DNA of 52,719 bases, from positions 1 through 52,719 of the forward strand of contig JYFJ02002688.1 in NCBI GenBank assembly GCA_000934665.2. The letters are read 5' to 3'. Shown one piece after another: positions 12,729-24,570 of the stretch. A program made the position numbers and the translations under genes. The DNA is from Catajapyx aquilonaris (Eukaryota). The notes under the pieces were generated by a model, which had not been told where the DNA came from, made no database searches, and saw only the letters and a program-made list of their open reading frames with translations. Each line of letters opens with the position of its first letter. Position 1 is the stretch's first letter.

Positions 12729-13334
12729 ACACCTGCGCGTACACAACTATACACTACATCGAGTTGGACAAGTGCCAGATTTCACCTAATCCCCTCCGAT
12801 GTCCGCTTTGAACCCGAAATGGTCCTCAAGCTTGCAAGTTGTCAAATGAGGTGGTGTGGGGGTTGGGTGAAACGTGAAACGGCGCGGCGGGGTTGTTATC
12901 TGTGATGAGTGAAGACTCCAGAATGCGGTGCAAGCTGACCTAATTGCACAATCGGCTGCGGATATATGCGAATACGTTTGCTTCTTTTCAACCACCTTCC
13001 CTGATTGACATGGTGTCACGTAAATTATGAAAATGTTTCCGGACTTGATACAAGTCAGGGGTGATCAAAGTTTGCAACGGTGCTGGGTAGCATTTTTGAA
13101 GTTGCCAACACTAAGTATAAATCAAGATCTTGCTGAGGAGCAGGTGCGTCACTGATCATGATCGTCATCTTAGTATGAAACACTTCTTGTAGGAGCTTGT
13201 CGGCCATTGAGTGCCGTTGAAAAAGTGACGTCACATTTCCGGTCTCTTCGGGGTGACGTAATGGTACGCGACAAAAAAAGGGGGAGGTGGGGGGGGGGGG
13301 AACTAGAACGTATATAGCAATTCTATGGAAGTGC
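12729..13334. repeat. Local segmental duplication copy A' (direct paralog of 10027-10644)
   Basis: Same colinear blocks as copy A with scattered substitutions and indels. Confidence 0.9.
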
Positions 13335-13401
13335 TGCAAGTGTTGAGTTGGTGCAACTCTGCATTTTAAGTTTTACGGTGTTTAGTCGTCGCATACGTAC
13401 G

Positions 13402-13523
13402 TATGCAGAGAAATACATTGCAAGGGAATTAATAGCCCCGTTCAAATATGCAGAGAAATACATTGCAAGGGAATTAATAGCCCCGTTCAAATTTTGCAAA
13501 CTGCAGTTTGCAAAATTTGAACG
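13402..13523. repeat. 45-bp exact tandem duplication (13402-13491) running into a perfect 40-bp palindrome (13484-13523)
   Basis: TATGCAGAGAAATACATTGCAAGGGAATTAATAGCCCCGTTCAAA x2; CGTTCAAATTTTGCAAACTG|CAGTTTGCAAAATTTGAACG. Confidence 0.95.
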
Positions 13524-13934
13524 TGGCTATTAATTTTTACAACGAACCGACATGAATTTACTGCATTAAAAAATATGAGGTGTAACACGATGTTTTAGCA
13601 TTAAGCCAGTCATAAATCACGTATAAGTTTACGTTCACTTCAAAGAATATTTGCACGTATTTGTCCCGCACATATAGTTGCCGAAATTTTTGTTATTAAA
13701 TTTGAAATCAGTCGTTATACGAGTACACCATCGTAAATACCGGCGCGTATTTCAAGTCAATTCAACATTTCATCTAGCTTTTTTGCCAATTGCGCTTAAG
13801 TTGCAGCGTAAAGATTACCTTAAGCGTTATGCTTTTGATATTTGGATGAGCATCAGTATCTGCTTATAGATATTTGTTAGGTGGTAAGGTTAATTTCATG
13901 TGACACATCATATTCCCACATTCCTATATAGGTG

Positions 13935-13941
13935 TCTTCTT

Positions 13942-14004
<63 letters not shown>
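13935..14004. repeat. Compound microsatellite (TTC)n(TTA)n
   Basis: Directly visible. Confidence 0.95.
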
Positions 14005-14851
14005 TTAAAGAAACCAGCAAGAATTTAACCATGGATTTTCCGCTTTTCTCGTTCCTCTAGATCCAACGGTGTATTAAAACGAGCAACGATACAATGAACA
14101 CAAGTGCACAACTAATGCCGTTGCCTGACCGATCACGATTCCTGTCGCCAAATTTTCTTACACCTGACCAGAACTTTACGAGGGCAGGCAACAAGTGATA
14201 TGGTGCGGACACCGATTCCTCCGACAATAATGCATCGACCCCGATTTGTGTAAAGTGCATGCCACACCCGATATTAGTGACGTTGTGGGCAGTACTTTAA
14301 TCATAATCGAAATATTCGAAATTCAATTATATGTTTCCGAGCTGGTGTCTGCACACCGCGAGGCACACCGATTTCGCAACTTCCCGTCAAAAAGTCGCAT
14401 ATGGAGTCGCCATATGTCTTTTTTTTTACTGTTTTTGTTTCATGTAGCACCTGATGTCGCCATTCTCATGCCCCGAGGGGTCACTTGTGGGTAAAAAAAA
14501 CAGAATCTGTTTTTGTTTTTTAAAAATAAAAATCAAGCAAGGAGTCGCAGGCCGTCGTCGCAGGCAGTCCCGATCAAGGTCTTTCGCAACGGGGCTCACC
14601 ACTCTTTCGCAACGGAGCAAAAAAAACAGAGAGAAAAAAAATGAGCAGGTTGCCACATGCTCTCTTATCCATTCACTCTGCATTTCTTTTAAGAAACGGC
14701 AACGTGTCCCTATGAGCTCACATTGGCCCACTTGTAAGTGCCTGGGCGTTCACGTGTTCACACCCGGTCGTCCAATCCCAGAGGAGCTGTTCCCGCCCCG
14801 GTCTCACCAGAAGTGGAGGAATCGCCTGAGGGCAAACAGTGTGAAGCAGCG

Positions 14852-15041
14852 ATGGCGGACAGAATAGACCGGCTTTTCCAACAGTGGCCGATGCCCGGCA
14901 ATAGCTCCGCCGGTGTCTTCGACCATCTGTACCCGCAAGATCGTAGTATGGCGGAGGAGATGTCCAGACTCTTCAACGGCCTAGAAGTCTCCGGACCAGA
15001 GCTGCCGATGCGCACCGTCGACCCTGATGGCCAAACTATTG
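14852..15041 (+). CDS. nanos: nanos, coding exon 1 (MADRIDRLFQQW...PDGQTI)
   Basis: ATG 14852; exon ends G|GTAAGC at 15041/15042 (phase 1); splices in frame (G+AC=Asp) to 15219 after CCTACAG. The start codon is inferred; an upstream ATG at 14712 is possible. Confidence 0.75.
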
Positions 15042-15218
15042 GTAAGCAACAATTACGGATGGTGTACTTGTTTTTTTGAGGGGGATAAATTCCAGGGTAC
15101 ATTACGGTCGGTACAAAATGGCGACGCTTAGTGGGTGGGCGGGTGGGGAGATTCCGGGCCAGCAGACTGCTTGGCGCCACTTGCTGATAAGGAAATTCCG
15201 CCATGTTATCGCCTACAG

Positions 15219-15643
15219 ACACAGCAACAATTATGGAGAGTCATGCAATGTTATCTGGGGGTACTCCTGTTTCAGATAATGATCTTGCTCTCCTCAACAC
15301 TGCATGCATCATTGTAGAGGAGGTGTTAGAAGATTTTCGGAACAATGGCCGTGATGAGGAGTACTGCCCTGAGCTGGAGGAGCATGCCTACCAGGTGATG
15401 GTAGGGTCCCTGCATGGGCAGACTTCAACGCCAAAGAGCTATGGTGGTGGCAAGCTGTGGGGCTCAGGTCTTCTTGAAGACCTGATGGATTCTGTGTTGG
15501 AGAACACCAGTCCAACACCGCAGGAGATGAGTGGCTGGCGTGGGTTTAGCCCGGAGACTAACTGGTGGGCACAGCGCAATGGCAAAGACAACAGGGCATC
15601 CAGGTGGCGTGGGATGCGTCGCAAGTGCTGTGTCTTCTGCAAG
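15219..15643 (+). CDS. nanos: nanos, coding exon 2 (ends RRKCCVFCK, start of zinc finger 1)
   Basis: Open frame of ORF 15203-15661; ends AAG|GTAAGC; 57-nt intron 15644-15700 ends CTTTTAG. Confidence 0.9.
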
Positions 15644-15700
15644 GTAAGCTGTCACCGCTAAGCTTGGTCGGTATCATTAACTAATTTCCACTGCTTTTAG

Positions 15701-16081
15701 AACAACGGTGAGGAAGAGAAGATCTACGGCAGCCACAACTTGAAGGACCACGAGGGAAAGATAACCTGCCCCAAACTATACAAGTACACCTGTCCCTTGT
15801 GCTCTGCTACAAAGGAGGAAGCCCACACCGTGAAATATTGTCCTCGTAACCCAAACGGGTACACATACAATGATGGATGCCCTCCTGCCACACCGCAGCG
15901 GATCCAGGGTGCTTCTGGGCATGAGAGGATGCCTCCTCGTTTTGGGAAAGGTAGGGACCGGCGCAATTCGGATGCTCCCAGGGAGGTTACCTACATGAAA
16001 GGCTATCACAGGGGAAGAAGCACTGGCGATAGTAGCACTGATTCTACTGATAGCAGGAAGTCAGCTGGCAGGGGCAAGTAA
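15701..16081 (+). CDS. nanos: nanos, coding exon 3 (zinc fingers and C-terminal tail); full CDS 996 nt, 331 aa
   Basis: Spliced product reads [53 protein letters not shown] = canonical Nanos C-x2-C-x12-H-x10-C-x7-C-x2-C-x7-H-x4-C; stop TAA 16079-16081. Confidence 0.96.
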   Translation, partial: NNGEEEKIYGSHNLKDHEGKITCPKLYKYTCPLCSATKEEAHTVKYCPRNPNGYTYNDGCPPATPQRIQGASGHERMPPRFGKGRDRRNSDAPREVTYMKGYHRGRSTGDSSTDSTDSRKSAGRGK

Positions 16082-17310
16082 ATCCCTTTCAAGGGTTCTA
16101 ACTAGAATCATGAGGTTCATGACCAAGTAACAATCACCTGGCCTTTTTTTTTTTCCAAAGAATTTGACATTCCCCTGTATATGCAGAGTAAATTTTTATT
16201 ATTATTTCACCCAGTTTGAATGAGTTTTGATTTTAATGACAATAATAATGGCCAGGTGCATTCTATTTATACGGTTTGCTATGTGTATTTTTATAAGATA
16301 TGTATATGGATGAACTTGCGCAATCATATATATCTCTCTCAATCATGCTCAACGAAGAAGGATTCATACAGTTTGCTTTTTTTGTTATTATTTTGATGCG
16401 CATGTGTCAGAAAATGCCTGGCACTCGTGCCATTTTTTGTTCCGTGTGGATTTTTAAAAGACTGCAAGCAAATGTTTGCTTTATTCAAATCAAGTGTAAT
16501 GCAGCCTTGTTATTAAGATGAGAATCATTGTTCGAATTTTTCAACCAGGTCAACTGGAATATTTGAAAACGGTTTTTACAACCGATCATTTTTTGAATTT
16601 TGTATTTTCTAACGAATCTTATTGACTCACATTCATGTCTTGCAATATTGGACATGGAATTATTTGTAGATGTTTTAAAACAATGAACGCTACATGCAAG
16701 TCATTACCTTGAGAAATTTGATGTCATTAAAGGGCACACTTTATAAAAAGAAGCATGAGAATGCCCACTGAGGGAGAAAATTGTTGAATTTTTTATTTTG
16801 TTAAAACAATAATTGATGCCCCACTGTATGAAAGTTTCTCAAATTATTGTGTGGGAGGAAAAAAAATATTATTGTACAAATAGTGTCAGAAGTGCCTTAA
16901 AGTGGCAGTAATTGGAATGATTAATTTTTTTATGGCAATGTGAAATTTAATAATCGGAATTTTTGAAATTCTCATGTAAGCAAATGAAATGAAGTGGCCT
17001 AGAAGTGACTTATCGTGGGCATTTATCTGAGAAGTGATTCCTATAAAATACAATGTACATTCAGTTAATTTTGAGATATTCTACCTACCTCAAGAAAATT
17101 GTACGGAATCAAGCATCAAAGTACTGTACCTTTTGGAGGTAGTGAATAGTAACTTTATTACGGAATTTTGTTTACCCTATTTCTATGTCACTGCTAAGTC
17201 ACTCAAATGTAATCATGTGGAAAAATGTATTCATATTGCACGTATTATCATGGGTAGCAATTATTATTTTTTATGTAAATTGGAAAGGAAATAAAGGAGC
17301 TACCCGAACA
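16082..17310 (+). other. Probable nanos 3'UTR (AU-rich), candidate polyA signal AATAAA 17290-17295 (ATTAAA near 16726)
   Basis: AT-rich sequence after the stop, with U-rich CPE-like tracts; the 3' end is inferred only from the hexamer. Confidence 0.45.
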
Positions 17311-18185
17311 TCCCCTTGGATTTTGTATGAACAGTTCATATGTAACCTCACCATGATTACCCTTGGGATCTAGCTCAGCATAAGGCCTACCTGAGGTCAG
17401 TTGTATTGCAGGTGAAAGCACGTTGTTGCCCCAGGATGGTATCAAGTCAGTCCACTTGGTTCCGTAAGTGCATATCCAGGCCATTGAGGGCACGCTCCAG
17501 GTCAGGAGGGCTTGTAGCCCGACATCAAGGGACGTTAATGACGTCGGGATGTGACACTGTAATAGACATACACAACCAATGAAGTTAGATTTTATAACAA
17601 TGATATGTTACTACATATCTTGAGTAGGCCAGGGTTGTCCATTACATAATTTGTCTTTGGTCAAAGCTGGGGAGTTTTCATTTTTTTCCCCCCATGTGAC
17701 ATTACCAAATGATTCAGACAACTCCTGGGTAAGCCTACCCGATAATTACTACATATGTGCATGTATGTCAAGGTGACATTTAGTGTCAGTAGCTCATTTC
17801 CAAACCGATTAAATTGAAAAAGTTCATTATAACATGACAACTGCCATCTAATTGGAGTGCCTTCTACACATTGTGAGGTATGCAGGATAAATTAAAATTG
17901 CATGGCAACACCTATATGTTGTTATGCAAGGCCACGTGGAGAGATGCATGATCTATAGAATATAGTCAGCATTCTATGGTTCTATGCTTCTATGGTGAGT
18001 AGCCTCTTCGATGAATAGCGATTAGCATGCTCCCTGTAGGTCCTACCTCGAAATGTCCCTATCCAACATTGATCAGGACGGTCTGGGCTGCAACATATCC
18101 AATTTTCAGGCAAATCGAACGGAAGGCCACTTGCCCATACATTTTGTGCCTTGTCCTTTGACAGGATAGACAAAAATAGGCTGAA

Positions 18186-18900
18186 CATAGGGTGAGTCAA
18201 AACAAATTGAGACTGATTTTTATGTGACAAAGAGAATTAGTTCATGACTCGCGGTGAATGGCATCGTGTCCAGTAAGGAATGATGTATTAGAACACCAAT
18301 GCTTGTTCAAATATTCCACGATCCCAGGCAACAGTGACACCAGACGTAGACCCAGGTTCACATTCGCCTCCGTCTGCCAGGAGGTTGGCAATGAGGGCCA
18401 AAATTCAGCTTCGAGGTTATGCTTCCCCTTGAAAAAAACAGCCACAGAGGTGTAAGACATAGTAAGATTATGGAGAGCAGACACAGGTCACCATGTGAGG
18501 CCACAAGACGTTGCAACTCTTCACAAACCTGCCTCTCCTTTGGAGGAAACAGTCTGGGGTCCCATCGTATCGGGTGCAAACACATCGCATTTTCAAGTGG
18601 TCAATACAAAATCATGTCGGCCCTACCACTGGATGTACCGCACATTGTGGCAAGGTCATCAACAGTTATGCAGTGATCTCCCCGACAATCACTGCATAGG
18701 TGGTGTTAATTATCTCCTCTGTCAATATTATGATGGGAGTCGGCAATCCTGTCTCTTTGAAAGCCATACCCTTGCTGAATGCCTTGCATACCATCGGAAT
18801 GCTGTGGGACACATCTTCACCATCTCTTAGCTACTGACCATGTCAAACACCTTCGTCACTGTTGTCTTCAAATGGCAGCAAAACTGCTGACCTCCTGGCA
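18186..18900 (-). mobile_element. Degenerate mariner (Tc1/mariner) element remnant
   Basis: Frameshifted minus-strand translation gives QFCCHLKTTVTKVFDM...TAFRWYAR...ITVDDLATMCGTSSG...DHLKMRCVCTR..WDPRL..ERQVCEEL...GDLCLLSII, matching mariner HTH and WVPR/K motifs; ends in a mariner-like TIR TTTTGACTCACCCTATGT. Confidence 0.7.
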
Positions 18901-18975
18901 GAGAGGAGGTGATAATTATGAACCTAGGCCTACTTCCCGGTGTCACCATCGCCTGAGATCGTGGTATATTCGAAA

Positions 18976-19087
18976 AAGAATTCGTGCTCCATTCCACCTA
19001 CACATTAAATGTGTAGGTGGAATGGAGCACGAATTCTTGGTGAAAGGTTTTGGTGAAAGGACAAATTTTGTCCTTTCACCAAAACCT
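18976..19087. repeat. Two adjacent perfect inverted repeats (31-bp arms 18976-19038; 21-bp arms 19045-19087)
   Basis: AAGAATTCGTGCTCCATTCCACCTACACATT-A-AATGTGTAGGTGGAATGGAGCACGAATTCTT and AGGTTTTGGTGAAAGGACAAA-T-TTTGTCCTTTCACCAAAACCT. Confidence 0.95.
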
Positions 19088-19618
19088 GTGGTGGGTGATT
19101 TCACCTTAAAATATGCATTTTTGCAACTATCTGAAAAATTGTCTATTCACCCTTTCTCCTTAATGCCGACGATATTTCATATGCTGCACTTAAAACTTAC
19201 CATCCCAGTAATAAGACTAGGGGGACCAAATGACATTGGCTTCGATGTAAAGTAATTAACCAATGGCTTCTGCTCGTGTTATCTGTGTGACTTTGGAGTC
19301 AACTGTGTCATAACTGTCCATCTTATGGCCCAGCTGTGGCCCAGCCACAATAATGTTCCTTCTGGGGCTCAGAAGACAGACAGGAATGTTGGCGAAACAA
19401 ACCCAAAATAAGCACTCAGCTCCCTAATGCTTGCATTGAACTAAAATCATCTAGCCATGCGACAGACAGTACTGGTGTGGTCACTCCAAAGCCACACAGA
19501 CACACCAACACAAAGGGCTGAGGGACCCAATGCAACCAGCTTCAAATCTTATCACTTCCAGATGGTCTTTTCTCCCACAAAATGTGGTCCTGGTTTACCT
19601 CTAATAATTTTAAGTAAA

Positions 19619-19625
19619 AATAATA

Positions 19626-19657
<32 letters not shown>

Positions 19658-19662
19658 ATAAT
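19619..19662. repeat. (AAT)n microsatellite
   Basis: Directly visible. Confidence 0.9.
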
Positions 19663-20982
19663 AAACCTTTCTTTCAGAATTGAACTACATGCTTAAAAAA
19701 TTACAAGCAATTACTTGTAACTCATCAAATATACTGTGGTACCAGTACTTACTTGACCAGAATTTTTGGTTCCTCCAAGTCACTTCCTATGCCACCAAGA
19801 AGTCAGCTTCGAACATAGGTATCCCTTTAGCTTCTTGGTAATCCAGTTGGTAGCCCTTCACATAAACTGTAACATGATGTGGTTTGAGGTCCATTTGAGA
19901 AATACCCTTAATGCAAGTCATCAGATGGCACATGTTATGTCTCGGGTCAGGATGATCATGGATATTATCTTGCAGGCCATTTTCCTGTGGGTTAAAAAGG
20001 TGACAACATTGCTCATTGTACTCGACACTCCTCCTCAACCTGGTGCTGCTGCAAGTATTTTAGAAGCACTGCAATGTGATACACATTTTTTGTGTGGGTT
20101 TCACTTTACATGCAATCTAAAAATCCTGACATACACATATGCTTTCTGTTTAATGAAACTAAATTGCGACCACTGGTTATGCGTGTAAGCTGGACAACTT
20201 GAGATCAGTTTCATGGCATAAATCAAACAACAAGAACATCATCAACTTTAAAAGAGAGTTATTGGTGAAAATCTTGTGAATCCTCCTGAGTCACACTTAT
20301 GGCATGGCTGAAAGTTGATGTGAGTTTTTCACTATACGAGCTATTGCACTATGTAGGAGGAGTCCCTGGAAAGATTGCATGACATTACTTCTGGCTCTAT
20401 TTCCACTTGTGTAGGAGATAGGCAGGTGAGGACCAGACATTGCCACCAAAGACATTTGGAGGATTTCGTTCTTTTGGAATTTCAGAGAAAGAATTCTCCA
20501 ACTGTATCTGAAAGACATCAATCGCCAAATATCAATGAGGGCCAGTATGAGACACAGACTGTAAGTAACTTGTAAGTAACTTATAACCAGCAAATACAGT
20601 ATGAGCCAGAGTAACCAATAAGGTCAGCTACATCATGATCAGCCTTCGCCATCACTCCCACCACAAGTCAAACCCCCACCCAATTTTGCAGTAGACCTCC
20701 AGCTAGTAGCCTAGTTGGCAAAATAATGACACCACTGACTATCATAATGGTATCCAACCTTTTTCTTGTTATTCACCCTTTTGCTTCGCACAAAACTTTG
20801 CTGAAACCCTGTCCAATATTGCTCAGGTATACCACTTCTATTACCTAATTAGAGCATAGTACTCTCTGCTCATTTACAAAGCAATTCAAATAAAACCTTG
20901 TATAAATTTAAAAATTACTAAAATTTTAAAAAGTCAACAAATTTTTATATGAAATGGAATATGAAAAAGGAAGGATCATTGG

Positions 20983-21155
20983 GTGCATCTGGCTGAGTTG
21001 GCTGCAATAGTCAGCCATAGTTATGGTGCAGTGTTTACAACTGTTCATCACCACCTGGAGTACTGCAAAATTAGTGTACAGTGGGTACCCAAGGTCATGA
21101 CTGTAGGGCAGAAGGAGCTGCACATGGGATTGTCAGTGAAACATCTCCAACGGTG
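20983..21155 (+). mobile_element. Mariner transposase fragment
   Basis: ELAAIVSHSYGAVFTTVHHHLEYCKISVQWVPKVMTVGQKELHMGLSVKHLQR contains the second HTH helix and the WVPK motif of mariner transposases; truncated. Confidence 0.8.
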
Positions 21156-21442
21156 TCTTTGCCATGCAGCTGGCACCATACACCGTAAGCATCCTCCAAT
21201 GGATTTCCGGGGTCTGGGGCTCTCAGCCATCAGAAATTGAATGACAATGCACTGATCCTGCTAGGACATATGCAACAGGGAGCCCACGATGGCAACAGGA
21301 CAAGTACATGCATGCCAACTCTTACTCGTGCAGCTAGTACACTTTTTAATGCTACCTTGATGTGGTAGAAGTTTCAAATCCCCGAGTTCAGCAGTATCCG
21401 CATCATAAGCCATGAACAGGTTTCATTTCATTTGCCCTCGTA

Positions 21443-21990
21443 CAGTTGAATCTCCAGGTATAACAACTTTCGGTTATAACAGACTCGAAAGGCTGGTCCC
21501 ACCATACTTCCATAGCACCTTTGTATTTTACTCCTGATATAACATACTAATTTCACCTCATCTCGGCTATAACATACCATTTCTTGGCCCTCAGTGGAAA
21601 ATATGCTGTTTTTGATTACTCAGCTTCCTTTCCCACGCGAGGAAAGCATTGCATACTGAAACAGGAGTGATTTTCCCACCTGTCACTGATCTAACACATG
21701 CCGAAAAGTTCAAAATCATTCTTTTCTGTTATATTTGGCAAGGACAAAATGGCAGAAGAAAATGATGGATTTTTCTTTGTCCTTCATATGTTATGGGTGA
21801 GCTCATCTGGCATGTTTATGGGTAGTTTCGTTATTCAGTACGCAGTCGTGTGTATTATAAACATATGAAAGCAGAAAACTTGTGTATTCGTTGCCAAAGT
21901 GGCGATTTCGCTATAACAGACGGACAGACCTCAGTTATAGCAGACTGATTTCTTCAGTCCCTTTAAGTCTGTTACATCTGGATTCAACTG
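21443..21990. mobile_element. pogo/Tigger-like non-autonomous element (MITE)
   Basis: TA-CAGTTGAATC...GATTCAACTG-TA termini, internal repeated (G)TTATAACA/CTATAACA motifs. Confidence 0.75.
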
Positions 21991-23421
21991 TATTACATGC
22001 ATGGAACCAGTTTCCACTTTCAGCTTCTCTTGCTTCAGAATAATGGACCAGACAAGAACTACCAATCTTGATATCAGAATATTGACATTATTAATGCAGC
22101 TCACCCATTACCCCAAACATTTTGCCGAAACCTATTGGAAAGGTTGCTGATGACCACTAGGCCTATACTACTTTTTGGGAAACATTGCGTACACAAACAA
22201 AAAATGCATCAGTCAGCCTGCATTAGCCGTCATACAGTTTCTTGTTGCTCAAGACCACATGCATAGTGTTTGGTCTCTGTTCACACTAATACAGCAGTTA
22301 CCCTTTTCCCTTCCCATTCTTCCCCATTGTTGCCAAAAAGGAACAATCATACTGTTAGTGACTGAAACTAATCCCCCAAGGAACAGGAAAAATGGGTAAG
22401 AGGTAGGTATGATGTGCATATAGACAGGTGAAAAACCCTTGATTAGGATTTCACGTCACCCCTAGAATATGACCGTAAGGGATGGTAAGGGTGAGCATGA
22501 AAAAATAATGGCATTGTTTTTGGGCCAATTGTGCATTTGACAACACGTATTAATATATTTAATTCTCAGTAGAATATACTGTATGCAGGCTTGATTGGTC
22601 TCATTTAATTACTGACTATAACTCAATCCTGTCTGTATATCTCATATGTTAAATATCCATTACTGACAAGTGATATTTGCCAAGTGTCACTGAGATTTCC
22701 TTCAAATTTGGAAGTTAAAAATTCCACTCTCAGTAATGAATAACTGTAAAGGTTATTTTACAAGCTGCTGCATAGAAAGTTGAAAAGCAGCGGTAAACGA
22801 GCTAGAAGGGGTCATATCAAAATATTTTCGCCTTCAAAAATTATCGTCAAAACATATTCTTTAGCACTTTGAACTGATCTATACAACAAATTTTGTACCA
22901 CATTTTGCTTTCCTTACATGCCTATATTGTGCATAGAGGCTAGTTCCTTTTGAGTTTTCCCAAGCCAAATGAAGACTGTACCTGCTGACATGATGAACAG
23001 TGAGCTACCAAACCAGGTATGCAGAGCACGTGCCAGAAGCTAACCTTCCGCTCTCCCGCCCCTACCCACCGTGCCATCCAATAATGGTGTTGTGCTACTG
23101 TTCATGGGATTAGAATAAGCACAGAACAAGATGGGAATAAATATCAGATAAATATATCATTACTGAAACCTCCTACATGCACCAAGCACTGCAATTCAGG
23201 GGGATGCTGCTGCTGCGTCCTGCGGTTGTGTTAGTGGCTCGCAGAGTGGTAGGTCTAGTGTCGCAGAAACACCTCTAATAATTACTGCCACTTTTGCTAC
23301 ATCCTAACTGTAACAATGTTTACTTCCTACTGATGTACTGAACGTGTTAGTGCCGATGAACTCCAAATAAGTTTTATTTTTTACAGTAGTTTCACGCAAA
23401 AGCTGTGGCCATCAGTTAGAG

Positions 23422-23696
23422 CAGTGGTTTCCAACCTGTGGGTCGTGACCCCCAAGGAGGTCTCAAAGTGTTTTCTGGGGGGTCACGGTTACTGCATTTA
23501 TTTTTACTCTTGTTTTCTAAAATACAAATCCTCAACCCCAAATTATGCAGTTGTTTGCCTAATGCAAGTACAACCATCTCATTAAATGTCCGCCTGATAA
23601 GACTTTCTTGTTATTGTGGGGGCTGGGGGGAGGGGTTGCAGGTTACTTGGCGATTATAGAAGGGGGTCACAACCCGAGAAAGGTAGGGTACTACTG
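23422..23696. mobile_element. hAT (Charlie-like) MITE
   Basis: CAGTGGTTTCCAACCT...AGGTAGGGTACTACTG termini, subterminal GACCCC/GGGGTC motifs, perfect 8-bp TSD AGTTAGAG on both sides. Confidence 0.9.
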
Positions 23697-24216
23697 AGTT
23701 AGAGTAATGGAAAAATATAAATGGCGGTAGGTGGTTGGTGCACACATAAGATGTCCTGATGAAAAACGATGGTCAGAGGAAACTAATTTGATGCAAAATT
23801 CATACTCAAGAGGGTAAGATATGCCAAGAACTGCTTTTAAAACATTTTGGGAAAGTCACTGAATCCAACCTTGGGTTCAACCCAGTTCAACCCTGACCCA
23901 ATCTCGACATTCTTACTCAAACAAAGTGTCTCAAAGTCATTATGCACATGGGCCTCAGGTTGAATGGGAGAGATTGGGAATTAATAACTTACTTCTGAAC
24001 TGATATTAAGTTAGTGACATAAATACTCATATTTACAAAACAAACCGTCATGACACATCCCATAAGATAGTTGTTATGTTCTTTCATGGCCACATTTTCA
24101 ATGAAAAGTGCAGCGCTGCAAGAAGGAAAACATACCTACCAGGATATTTCATACTTTGGGTTTGGATTTTATTATCAGAGTAACGAGGCTTCTCAGACGA
24201 ATATATGATACTACTA

Positions 24217-24570
24217 CTACTAAATTCACGGTGGAAGACCGGATAGGCTCCACCCCCTACCACTGGTCATGGCCAGCTCTGCTGCCAAATGTGGAAGGTT
24301 CGATGGTTTATGGCAGGGGACTGCTTTATTTACCTCTTCTACCCCAATAAACCCTATTGTACCTCTCCCCACATCCATCCCTCCCCTTGAGGCGATTGCC
24401 ACTCTTGGCAACTCAGCAGGAGTGTGCCAAGCCGGGAAAAACGGTTAAGCTCTACTCCAATGGTATTTCTCCATAAGCTTTCCCTAATACTACAAAAATG
24501 TCGAACGTATTTCCAAACGTGATTTTTCAGTGGGCAGGGCCTATCCGGTCTTCCACCGTGAATTTAGTAG
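24217..24570. mobile_element. MITE with ~32-bp TIRs, TA-flanked
   Basis: CTACTAAATTCACGGTGGAAGACCGGATAGGC ... GCCTATCCGGTCTTCCACCGTGAATTTAGTAG, TA on both sides. Confidence 0.85.

Noticed and set aside
14426..15222. Antisense ORFs overlapping the nanos 5' region
   Set aside because: Shadow frames of GC-rich exon/promoter sequence without independent coding signals.
18240..18600. LINE reverse-transcriptase fragment
   Set aside because: No RT motifs; the frameshifted translation fits a mariner transposase better.
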